Origin: an uncultured Gemmatimonadaceae bacterium
Lineage (GTDB): Bacteria > Gemmatimonadota > Gemmatimonadetes > Gemmatimonadales > Gemmatimonadaceae
Length of the DNA stretch: 64,000 nucleotides
Assembly: GCA_963829055.1 (NCBI GenBank)
Contig: CAWHHI010000016.1
Location: forward strand, 800,001 to 864,000
Reading direction: 5' to 3'
The notes below the pieces were generated by a model. It was not told the DNA's origin, did not search any database, and saw nothing but the letters and a program-made list of their open reading frames with translations. A program made the position numbers and the translations under genes. Below, piece after piece: positions 1 to 8,640 of this stretch (position 1 is the first letter of the stretch; every line of letters begins with the position of its first letter).

Positions 1-291
1 GGTCGCTTCGCGCATGGCGGGGTACTCGTCAGGCAGCACCGGCGACAGCACGAGGATCGGACGCGTGATTCCGGCGGCGCGGAGCTCCACGCCCTCGGCG
101 ACCGTGGCCACGCCGAATCCCCACGGCGTGAGTGACTCGAGGGCTCGCGCCACGGGCACTGCCCCGAGCCCGTACCCGTCGGCTTTGATGACGGCGAGAA
201 GCGGCACACCGGCGCGCCTGGCGAGCGCGGCTCCATTTCGTCGCAGCGCGCCGAGGTCGACTTCGACCCAGGCGCGCGGAGGGGTAAGCAT
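1..291 (-). CDS. alr: Alanine racemase, N-terminal part (runs off the window edge)
   Basis: Hand translation from ATG 291: MLTPPRAWVEVDLGALRRN...AVIKADGYGLGA, which carries the PLP-lysine motif of Alr. An alternative in-frame ATG lies at 306. Confidence 0.9.
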   Translation of the reverse strand, partial: MLTPPRAWVEVDLGALRRNGAALARRAGVPLLAVIKADGYGLGAVPVARALESLTPWGFGVATVAEGVELRAAGITRPILVLSPVLPDEYPAMREAT

Positions 292-342
292 CGGTTGACG
301 TGACATTCGAAGAGCGGGTATGATACCCAGCCCGGGGAGGCT

Positions 343-1131
343 ATGCAAGACAAATCAACGCTTGAAGATACGCTCGCGCTGATGCGCGATTTGCGCGCCC
401 GCTGCGAGTGGGACGCGAACCAGACCCACGATTCGCTGCGGCCGTACCTGATCGAGGAGGCACACGAGCTCGATGAGGCGATCCGCGACCGCGACGACCG
501 TCAGATGCGCGAGGAGCTTGGCGACGTGCTGCTGCAGGTGCTCTTCCACTCCGTGGTGGCGGAGGAGCGCGGCGCGTTCGACATCGGCGATGTGGCGGCT
601 GGGTTGATCTCGAAGATGCGACGCCGTCATCCACACCTCTACGAGGGAGGTGAGCGGCAGCCGTGGGAGCAGATGAAGGCGAAGCGCCGAACGTCGATCG
701 CGGAGGGGCTTCCGGCGAACCTCCCGTCGCTGCACCGCGCTCATCGCCTGCAGGATAGAGCGGCGGGTGTGGGCTTCGATTGGCCGGACGTGGATGGTCC
801 GGCGGCGAAGGTCGATGAAGAGATGGCGGAGGTGCGCGCGCAGCTACGCGATCACCCGATCGAGCGCACCCCTCAGGGTGCACCGATCCACGACGAGCGT
901 CACGCGGCGCTGGAGGGCGAGCTCGGCGACCTCCTGTTCGCGGTCGTGAACCTGTGCCGAAAGGCGGGCGTCCACGCGTCGCTCGCCCTCGATCGCGCGA
1001 ACGAGAAGTTCATTCGCCGCTTCGGAGAAGTAGAGAGGATCGCCGCGGATCGAGGCCTGGTGGTCGGCGAGGCGAGCCTCGAGCAACTCGACGCGATCTG
1101 GGACGAGGTGAAGAAAGTGGAGGTTCGTTAG
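343..1131 (+). CDS. mazG: Nucleoside triphosphate pyrophosphohydrolase MazG
   Basis: CEWDANQTHDSLRPYLIEEAHE, EELGDVLLQVLFHS and a second ELGDLLF domain; GGAGG Shine-Dalgarno upstream. Confidence 0.95.
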   Translation: MQDKSTLEDTLALMRDLRARCEWDANQTHDSLRPYLIEEAHELDEAIRDRDDRQMREELGDVLLQVLFHSVVAEERGAFDIGDVAAGLISKMRRRHPHLYEGGERQPWEQMKAKRRTSIAEGLPANLPSLHRAHRLQDRAAGVGFDWPDVDGPAAKVDEEMAEVRAQLRDHPIERTPQGAPIHDERHAALEGELGDLLFAVVNLCRKAGVHASLALDRANEKFIRRFGEVERIAADRGLVVGEASLEQLDAIWDEVKKVEVR

Positions 1132-1148
1132 GAGACGTACGATTGCGT

Positions 1149-1541
1149 GGAATCCAGATCATCGCGGATCTCGGAATCCAGATCATCGCGCCGGGGTCGG
1201 TGGGAACTACGATTGGGCGGATCTGTACGGCGAAACTACCGGATACGGCTTTGCATTCAGGCCTCATCGCGCCGCGGCTTGGGGGAACGGCGATTTCGCG
1301 GATGACGCGGAAGAAGCAGGATATCGCGTTCGGTAGATCCGGCTCCTCGCGCAACGAGCCGGGATTCTCTGGGAACGGCCGCTCGGGACGCAGGAGTCTC
1401 CCGAGCGGCCGTTCCCATTGTTTCAGAGTCCGGCGAGAGCCAGCGTCGATGCAAAGCCGGATCCGGCCGTTTTCCGTGTCATCCGCAAAATCGTCGTTCC
1501 CACCGGCCCCGGCGCGATGATCTGGATTCCGAGATCCGCGA
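1149..1541. repeat. Nested palindromic intergenic element (about 90-bp imperfect terminal inverted repeats with internal hairpins)
   Basis: 1162-~1255 is the imperfect reverse complement of ~1450-1541; perfect 19-bp stem 1370-1388/1399-1417; 18-bp direct repeat at 1149 and 1173. Confidence 0.85.
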
Positions 1542-1556
1542 AAATCGCTACACGCG

Positions 1557-2870
1557 CTATGGCCGCAAGCGATTCATCAGCCTTGGGAAGGCGCCGGTCT
1601 CGCGGATGTGCGGGGTCCCGCAGATCCACGCGACCGTGCGCTCGAGCCCCAATCCAAATCCCGAGTGTACGAACGTCCCGTACTTCCGAAGATCGAGGTA
1701 CCAGCCGTACGCGTCGAGCGGGAGTCCTTCCTCCTTGATGCGCGCGAGCAGCTTGTCGTAGTCGTCCTCGCGCTGTGAGCCGCCAATGATCTCGCCGTAG
1801 CCTTCTGGCGCGAGGCAGTCGTTGCACAGCACCGTCCGCGGATCGGCCGGGTTTTCCTTCATGTAGAAGGCCTTCGCCTCCTTCGGGTAATTCATGACGA
1901 ACACCGGCTTGTCGTAGTCCGCGACGATCAGCGATTCATCGTCCGCGCCAAGGTCATCGCCCCATTTGATCTCGCTTCCCTTGCCCTGCAGCAGCGTGAT
2001 GGCATCGCCGTAATCGAGTCGCACGAACGGCGGGACGACCCGCTGCAGTGCCGACGTGTCTCGCTCGAGCTCCTTGAGCTCTGCCTGCCTGCGATCGAGG
2101 CAGCGACGCACGAGGAAGGACACGAAGTCCTCCTGCAGCCGCATGTTGTCTTCCGAGTCGTTGAACGCCACCTCGGGCTCGATCATCCAGAATTCCGTGA
2201 GATGCCGGCGCGTCTTCGACTTCTCGGCGCGGAACGTTGGTCCGAACGTGTAGATCCGACCCAGCGCCGCGGCTGCGGCCTCGCCGTAGAGTTGCCCGGT
2301 CTGTGCGAGATAGGCGTTGCCTTCGTCGAAGTACTCGGTCGAGAACAGGCCGCTGCGCTCACCGATGGCCGCGGTGAGGATCGGCGTATCCACGCGAACG
2401 AACCCGCGCTCGTAGTAGAAATCGTGGATCGCCTGCTCGATCTCGTGCCTGACGCGGAGGATCGCCTGCTGGCGCGGGCTGCGCAGCCAGAGGTGGCGAT
2501 GGTCCATCAGGAAGTCGACGCCGTGCTCCTTGGGCTGGATCGGGTAGTCGATCGGGCTCGCACCCAGAATCTCGAGGTCCGCCACTCCGATTTCGACGCC
2601 GCCCGGCGCGCGCGCATCCAGACGCACTTCCCCGGTAATTGCGATCGACGTTTCTTGGGTGAGCTGCGCAAAGCGCTCCCACGCCTGAGGTGGCACCACC
2701 GACTTCACGACAACGGCCTGGAGCGTCCCCGTCCCATCGCGCATGACGATGAACGCGACCTTGCCGGATGACCGAACATGGGTCACCCAGCCGCGAACGG
2801 TCACGGAGGCGCCGGCATAGCCGGACAGATCGACGATGCGGGCTGACGGGACGGTCGACGGAACAGTCAC
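1557..2870 (-). CDS. asnS: Asparagine--tRNA ligase
   Basis: N-terminal OB fold (VRGWV...SGKVAF), FRAEKSKTRRHLTEFWMIEPE, EIIGGSQRE, HSGFGLGLER. Confidence 0.95.
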   Translation of the reverse strand: MTVPSTVPSARIVDLSGYAGASVTVRGWVTHVRSSGKVAFIVMRDGTGTLQAVVVKSVVPPQAWERFAQLTQETSIAITGEVRLDARAPGGVEIGVADLEILGASPIDYPIQPKEHGVDFLMDHRHLWLRSPRQQAILRVRHEIEQAIHDFYYERGFVRVDTPILTAAIGERSGLFSTEYFDEGNAYLAQTGQLYGEAAAAALGRIYTFGPTFRAEKSKTRRHLTEFWMIEPEVAFNDSEDNMRLQEDFVSFLVRRCLDRRQAELKELERDTSALQRVVPPFVRLDYGDAITLLQGKGSEIKWGDDLGADDESLIVADYDKPVFVMNYPKEAKAFYMKENPADPRTVLCNDCLAPEGYGEIIGGSQREDDYDKLLARIKEEGLPLDAYGWYLDLRKYGTFVHSGFGLGLERTVAWICGTPHIRETGAFPRLMNRLRP

Positions 2871-3040
2871 AGGGCTCTCGTAACGGACGGAACGGACATG
2901 GGATCGCGGCGTGAGGGACGGGCCGGAAAGCTATGAGGGGCAGTATAGCGGATCAACGCCGCCGCACTGCCGCATCAACGCCGCGCGGTCGCCACGCTAA
3001 CTTTGGTCGCATGCACCGAATCACATCTCGGCGCTGACGC

Positions 3041-4588
3041 GTGACCCTTCGCTCACGCCTCGCGCTCGCGCTCGTCACGATGGCCGCGATTCTCGTGGCC
3101 CCGCTGTTCATCGCGTACGATTCGCTGAACAGCATGCGTGCGGCGGTGCGTGGAGTGCAGGAGCAGGATCTCAATGCGACGCTCATGCTCGCGCGTATCA
3201 GGACCGCGGCCGAGGAGCTTCGTCAGGCGGAGTTGCAGCTGGTCTACGCGACGGACTCCGGCGGTGGCACGCGGCCCGACACGAGAATCGCGACGGCGTT
3301 GACGACGCTTCGCGCGCTGTCCGATTCACTTCCCCACTTCGGGCTCGAGAACTCCCGCGAGGAAATCCAGGCGACGCTCGACCACGTCGATGCCGCGCTC
3401 CCCGCGGAACTCTCGGCGGTGCAGCGCGGCAAAGGCGAGCGCGCCGATAGTCTCTCGAAGTTGCTGCAGCCAGTCATGCTGCGGGTCGACTCCATCGTCG
3501 AGCAGACGGGCGTGTTCCTGCAAGGGCGCACCGCGCAGAAAGTGGAGCAGGCGAACAGCGAAGCAGGCACCGCGCAGCAGGTGACGACGACGACGTTCGG
3601 CGTCGCCGTGGCGCTCGCCGGCCTCATCGCGATCTGGCTGACGACGACGATCAGTCGCCCGGTTCGCGATCTCGAGAGCGGCATGGAGGCCGTCGCGGAC
3701 GGTGACTTCTCGTACCGCCTGTCGATCGAGCCAATGCGGCACGACGAGTTCGGACGGCTGGCCGAGAGTTACCAGACGATGGCGCAGCAGCTCAAGCAGC
3801 TCGATGAGCTCAAGGCGGAATTCGTGTCGGTTGCCTCGCACGAGCTCAAGACGCCGATCAACGTCATCATCGGGTACCTCCAGCTGCTGCAGGAGAACGT
3901 GTACGGCGAGCTCACGCCGAAGCAGCGGGAGATCTGCCTGACGCTCGCGTCGCAGGCGCAGGCGCTCTCGCGCCTCGTGCGGCAGCTCCTGGACGTGAGT
4001 CGGTTCGAGGCTGGCGGAGGAAAACTCGAGCTTCGTCCAATGCCGCTCGGCCCGTTTCTCGCGGAGCTGGAAACGACGTTTCGCGTGCTCGCCATTCAGC
4101 GAAACGTTCGGTTCCAGGTGGATCGCGGGGCGCGGTTGCCCGATCAGGTCGTGTGGGATGAGGATCGCATGAGCGAAGTGCTCGGCAACTTGCTGTCGAA
4201 CGCGTTCAAGTTCACAGAGCGTGGCGGAACCGTGGAGCTGTCAGTCATGGCTCGCGAGGACAGCATCCAGATGCGGGTGCGTGACAACGGCGCTGGCATT
4301 CCGCCAGCGAATGTCCCGTACATTTTCGAGAAGTTCTTTCAGGCCGACAACCAGGCATCGGCCTCGGCAAAGGGGACCGGGCTCGGACTCGCGATCGCGA
4401 AGAGCATCGTGAGTGCGCATGGCGGCTCGATCAGCGTCGAAAGCACGTTAGGCAAGGGGACGACGTTCTCCATCATTCTGCCGATCCGCGCGAGTGGCGG
4501 ACGCCATCACGCTCTCGAGGAACAACGGGCGGCGGAGCGATCGGCGGAACACCGGACCGAACGTCTCCCGGAGCTGTCGGCCTCGTGA
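3041..4588 (+). CDS. Membrane HAMP-domain sensor histidine kinase
   Basis: Two TM segments, HAMP (DEFGRLA), H-box ASHELKTP, N-box NLLSNAFKFT, G boxes DNGAGI and GTGLGL. Confidence 0.92.
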   Translation: MTLRSRLALALVTMAAILVAPLFIAYDSLNSMRAAVRGVQEQDLNATLMLARIRTAAEELRQAELQLVYATDSGGGTRPDTRIATALTTLRALSDSLPHFGLENSREEIQATLDHVDAALPAELSAVQRGKGERADSLSKLLQPVMLRVDSIVEQTGVFLQGRTAQKVEQANSEAGTAQQVTTTTFGVAVALAGLIAIWLTTTISRPVRDLESGMEAVADGDFSYRLSIEPMRHDEFGRLAESYQTMAQQLKQLDELKAEFVSVASHELKTPINVIIGYLQLLQENVYGELTPKQREICLTLASQAQALSRLVRQLLDVSRFEAGGGKLELRPMPLGPFLAELETTFRVLAIQRNVRFQVDRGARLPDQVVWDEDRMSEVLGNLLSNAFKFTERGGTVELSVMAREDSIQMRVRDNGAGIPPANVPYIFEKFFQADNQASASAKGTGLGLAIAKSIVSAHGGSISVESTLGKGTTFSIILPIRASGGRHHALEEQRAAERSAEHRTERLPELSAS

Positions 4589-5133
4589 CCGCGTGGAGGC
4601 TGGTCGCGGCCCTCGTCCTCACGACCGCCTGTCACCACCGGACTGCCGCGCCCCTGCCGGTCGTCAACGAAGTCGCCGTGCCGTCGCTACCTCCGGCCGA
4701 ACCTCCGTGGGTCGGGACGCTCGCGGCGGTGCGAGCGGCGGTGGACTCGGGCCGATTCGCCGCGGCCGATACGATCCTCGCCTCGTTCGAACAGGCCCAG
4801 GCGGGAACGAGCGATGTGAACGAGAGCGCATTCTGGCGCGCGATGCTTCGCGCAGACCCGCGCAACCCGGCATTCACGCCGGCGGATGCACGCGCGGCTC
4901 TCGAGGGATACCTAACGCTGGAGGGAGCCCAGCGGCGGACAGAGGCAGGGGTGATGCTACGCCTGCTGGCGCTGTCCGATTCCCTCCGCACGGTGCACGT
5001 GGGGCAGCGGGCGGCAGCGGCGGCGGAGATCCGGAGCCGCGACGAAGAGCTTCAGAAGCTGCGGGACGACCTGGCTCGGACGCAGGCGGAGCTCGACCGA
5101 ATCAAGCGGAGACTCGGGGCCCCGCGACCGTAG
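4585..5133 (+). CDS. Putative alpha-helical lipoprotein with C-terminal coiled coil
   Basis: Signal ending LVLTTAC (lipobox-like); GTGA overlap with the kinase stop; coiled-coil tail EELQKLRDDLARTQAELDRIK. Confidence 0.7.
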   Translation: MTAWRLVAALVLTTACHHRTAAPLPVVNEVAVPSLPPAEPPWVGTLAAVRAAVDSGRFAAADTILASFEQAQAGTSDVNESAFWRAMLRADPRNPAFTPADARAALEGYLTLEGAQRRTEAGVMLRLLALSDSLRTVHVGQRAAAAAEIRSRDEELQKLRDDLARTQAELDRIKRRLGAPRP

Positions 5134-5142
5134 GTCGCGGGT

Positions 5143-5318
5143 GGGAGCGGGGAACCGGGAACCGGGAACTGCCGCTGGTTGCTGGGTGGTCGTGCTTGTT
5201 GCTGGGTGGCGCTGCGGGCAGCGGCAGCGGGCAGCGCGTGGGTCGCTGGGCGCTAATAGCAGCAGCGGGCAGCGTGCGGCCGCAGCATGCAGCCGTCGGC
5301 AACAGCAGCGTGCAGCAT
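5143..5318. repeat. About 175-bp heptamer-built repeat element, copy 1
   Basis: GGGAACC-type heptamers at 5143-5170, then GCTGGGT/GCAGCGG-like units; reverse complement aligns with 8465-8640. Confidence 0.85.
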
Positions 5319-7436
5319 TTACCCAACCCTGAACAACTCGAGACTGCGTTCGTATCGCTCGCCTAACACGCGCCGCATTGGCTCGTGCTCCGGGTCGTTC
5401 AGTTCCGGGTCTTTCGCCAGCACCTCGGTCGCCGCCGCGTGCGCCGACTGACTCAGGTGCTCATCGCGCAATGGGTCCGCCACACGGAACGTCGCGACGC
5501 CACTCTGGCGTTCGCCGAACAGGTCGCCCATGCCACGCAGGCGCAGGTCCGCGCGCGCGATCTCGAAGCCGTCCTCCGTGCCGACGAACACGGACAGCCG
5601 CTCAGCCGCCTCGGGGCTGACATTGCCTAACAAGATGCAGTACGACGCCTCGGCCCCACGGCCTACCCGGCCCCGCAATTGGTGCAGCTGCGAGAGGCCG
5701 AAGCGTTCCGGATGCTCGACCAGCATGACCGTCGCGTTCGCGACGTCGATACCGACCTCGATCACCGTCGTCGCAACGAGCACGTCGACTTCGCCATCCC
5801 GGAATCGGCGCATGATCGCATCCCGCTCCTCCGCTGGAATCCGACCATGCAACAGCGCCACACGGCGCGTAGCGAATGGGCCTGCGGCGAGCGCGGCGTA
5901 CATGGTGGTCGCCGCCTTCATATCGGTCTTCTCCGACTCGTCGATCACCGGATACACGACATAGGCCTGCCGTCCCTTCGCCACTTCGCCGTCGATGAAC
6001 TGCAGCACGCGCTCGCGCGCCGCCTCCGGTCGCAGCGCCGTGGTGATCGGCAAGCGACCCGGCGGACGCTCATCGAGCACGCTCACGTCGAGATCACCGT
6101 ACAGTGTGAGCGCGAGCGAGCGCGGGATGGGCGTCGCGCTCAACAACAGCACGTCCGGCCGATCCCCTTTGGCACCGAGTGCCTTCCGCTGCTCGACACC
6201 GAAGCGATGCTGCTCGTCGACGGCCACGAACCCCAGCTTGGCGAACGATGTTCGGTCCTGCACCAGGGCGTGCGTGCCGATCGCGAGCAGCGGCTCGCCG
6301 GACCGAAGGTGCGCGTCCGCCTCACGTCGAGCCTTGGCCGCGAGGCTCCCGGTCACGACAATAGGACGGATGCCTAACGGCTCCAGCAATCGCGTCACCG
6401 TACCCGCGTGCTGCTCCGCGAGCAGCTCGGTGGGCGCCATCAGCGCGGCCTGGTAGCCGTTCTCGATCGCAAGCAGCGCCGCGAACAGCGCGACGATCGT
6501 CTTGCCGCTACCCACGTCACCCTGCAACAGCCGATGCATGCGGTGCGGGCTGCACATGTCGACAACAATCTCGCGCACCGCTCGCGTCTGGGCGGTTGTC
6601 AGCGCGAACGGCATCGACGACTTGAGCTTGGACGTGAGATCGCGACGGTTCTCGAACGCGATGCCCTCACGCTTCTCGCGTGCGAGGATGTGCGCGCGAT
6701 GCCGCAGGAGGTGGACGAAGAACAGCTCCTCGAACGCGAGCCGCTCGCGTCCCTGCATGGCCTCCACCATGGTGCGCGGCCGGTGCACCATCCGCAGCGA
6801 GTCCGCCAGCGGGGCCACCGCCGCGAATCGCAGGACCTCCGCCGGCAGATACTCCTCGACGAGCGCAAGTAACCCGTCGAGATGCGCGTCGATGAGGCCC
6901 CGGATGACCTTGAACGACAGCCCCTCGGTCGCCGGATACACGGCGAGCACCCGTCCCTTTCCGGTGCCCTCGTCATCGTCGCCAAGGTTGATGAACTCGC
7001 GCGGCTGGAGCTGCCGCCCATGGAAGAAGCGCACGGTGCCGGTGAGCAGCAACACGTCGCCCTTCGCGATCGACCGATCCAGGAACGGCTGGCCGGGCCA
7101 CGAGACCTCGATCATCCCGGTCTCGTCCTTCACGACAGCTTGAAAGATCCGCAGCCCCTTTCGCGTCGGCAGCACGCCCTTGGAGATGACGCGTCCGATG
7201 ATCGTGGCGTCCATCCCGGTCTCGATGGACGCAATGGGCTTGATGGTGCTCGCGTCCTCGTAGCGGTGCGGGATGTGGAACAACAGCTCGCCCGCCGTGA
7301 ACACACCGAGCCGCTTCAACGCCTCGGCGCGTACGGGTCCGACGCCTTTCAGGAACTTCGCCGGCGTCGACAGCGTGAGCGGCGGCGTGGGCCCGGGGGC
7401 GTCGCGTGGGTCGGCCACGGGGGCGCGCCTATCCAC
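5319..7436 (-). CDS. recG: ATP-dependent DNA helicase RecG
   Basis: RLLQGDVGSGKT, DEQHRFGV, SATPIPRSL, QLHQLRGRVGRG. Confidence 0.97.
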   Translation of the reverse strand: MDRRAPVADPRDAPGPTPPLTLSTPAKFLKGVGPVRAEALKRLGVFTAGELLFHIPHRYEDASTIKPIASIETGMDATIIGRVISKGVLPTRKGLRIFQAVVKDETGMIEVSWPGQPFLDRSIAKGDVLLLTGTVRFFHGRQLQPREFINLGDDDEGTGKGRVLAVYPATEGLSFKVIRGLIDAHLDGLLALVEEYLPAEVLRFAAVAPLADSLRMVHRPRTMVEAMQGRERLAFEELFFVHLLRHRAHILAREKREGIAFENRRDLTSKLKSSMPFALTTAQTRAVREIVVDMCSPHRMHRLLQGDVGSGKTIVALFAALLAIENGYQAALMAPTELLAEQHAGTVTRLLEPLGIRPIVVTGSLAAKARREADAHLRSGEPLLAIGTHALVQDRTSFAKLGFVAVDEQHRFGVEQRKALGAKGDRPDVLLLSATPIPRSLALTLYGDLDVSVLDERPPGRLPITTALRPEAARERVLQFIDGEVAKGRQAYVVYPVIDESEKTDMKAATTMYAALAAGPFATRRVALLHGRIPAEERDAIMRRFRDGEVDVLVATTVIEVGIDVANATVMLVEHPERFGLSQLHQLRGRVGRGAEASYCILLGNVSPEAAERLSVFVGTEDGFEIARADLRLRGMGDLFGERQSGVATFRVADPLRDEHLSQSAHAAATEVLAKDPELNDPEHEPMRRVLGERYERSLELFRVG

Positions 7437-7490
7437 GCCTCACCGTCCCGTCGTTAGGTGCCTCGCGACGGTCACGCGACGCGCACGGGG

Positions 7491-8423
7491 TCATCCCTCC
7501 AGCAACTCCGCGGAGAACTGACGGGGATCGAACGACTCGAGGTCCGTGACCTTTTCGCCGACCCCGATGAACTTCACCGGTACGTCGATGGCGTCGTGCA
7601 CCGCGACGACGATGCCACCACGCGCCGTGCCGTCGACTTTCGTGACCACGAGGCCACTGATGGGCACTGCCGCCGAGAACGTCTTCGCCTGCGCGATCGC
7701 GTTCTGTCCAATGGTGCCATCGAGCACGAGTAGCGTCTCGTGGGGCGCATCCGCACGTCGCTTCTTGATGACGCGCACGATCTTTTTCAGCTCGTCCATC
7801 AAGTTGTCGCTCGTGTGAAGACGACCGGCCGTGTCGATGATGACCACGTCCGCATCGCGGTTGTGCGCGGCGTCGATTGCGTCGAATGCGACGGCGGCCG
7901 CATCGCCACCCGGTTTCCCTCCAACGAATTCCGCGCCGGTCCGCTCGGCCCACAGTCGCAGTTGATCGATGGCGCCAGCTCGGAACGTGTCACCGGCCGC
8001 GACGACGACCCGCTTCTTCTCGGCGCGAAATTTCGCGGCGAGCTTCCCGATGAACGTCGTCTTGCCCGCGCCGTTCACACCGATGACGAGGATGATCATC
8101 GGCTTGTCGGCAGGCACGAACAACGTCGGATCACTGTAGCCGCTTCGAAGCGCGTTTTCGACGCTCTGTCGCAGCGCCTCGTGGAACTCGTCCTCGGTAA
8201 CGATCTGACCGCGTTGCGCGAGTCGCTCGACGTCGGCGATGAGCCGCATCGATGTGGTGACCCCGAAATCCGCTTCGAGCAGCAGTTCCTCGAGCTGCTC
8301 GAGCGATCCAGCCTTCACGCCGCCGCGCGCGATGACGCCGACGTCGGTGAGTGCGATATCCTTGATGCGCTGCCAAAGCGACCGCTTCGGTACGTCGCCG
8401 GCGCGCTGAATTATTCTCGGCAT
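7491..8423 (-). CDS. ftsY: SRP receptor FtsY (NG domain only)
   Basis: GVNGAGKTT, DTFRAGA, DTAGRLH, TKVDGTARGG; start placed at ATG 8423, downstream of the repeat element. Confidence 0.93.
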   Translation of the reverse strand: MPRIIQRAGDVPKRSLWQRIKDIALTDVGVIARGGVKAGSLEQLEELLLEADFGVTTSMRLIADVERLAQRGQIVTEDEFHEALRQSVENALRSGYSDPTLFVPADKPMIILVIGVNGAGKTTFIGKLAAKFRAEKKRVVVAAGDTFRAGAIDQLRLWAERTGAEFVGGKPGGDAAAVAFDAIDAAHNRDADVVIIDTAGRLHTSDNLMDELKKIVRVIKKRRADAPHETLLVLDGTIGQNAIAQAKTFSAAVPISGLVVTKVDGTARGGIVVAVHDAIDVPVKFIGVGEKVTDLESFDPRQFSAELLEG

Positions 8424-8441
8424 ACGGGTAAAGTAAGCAAC

Positions 8442-8640
8442 GGGGACTAGGGACTGGGGACTACGCTGCACGCTGCGCACATCTGCCGACGGCTGCATGC
8501 TGCGGCTGCACGCTGCCCGCTGCTGCCATTACCGCCCGGTCGCCCACGCGCTGCTGCTGCTGCAACAGCACCAGCGTCACCCAGCACCCAGCACGACCAC
8601 CCAGCCACCAGCTTCTTCAGTTCCTCAGTCCCCAGTCCCT
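8442..8640. repeat. Heptamer-built repeat element, copy 2 (inverted), bounded by GGGGACT and AGTCCCC arms
   Basis: (R)GGGACT x3 at 8442-8462; AGTCCCY x2 at 8627-8640; interior matches the reverse complement of 5165-5318. Confidence 0.85.

Noticed and set aside
1149..1541. CRISPR array
   Set aside because: The repeats are inverted or degenerate, with no regular repeat-spacer period and no cas genes.
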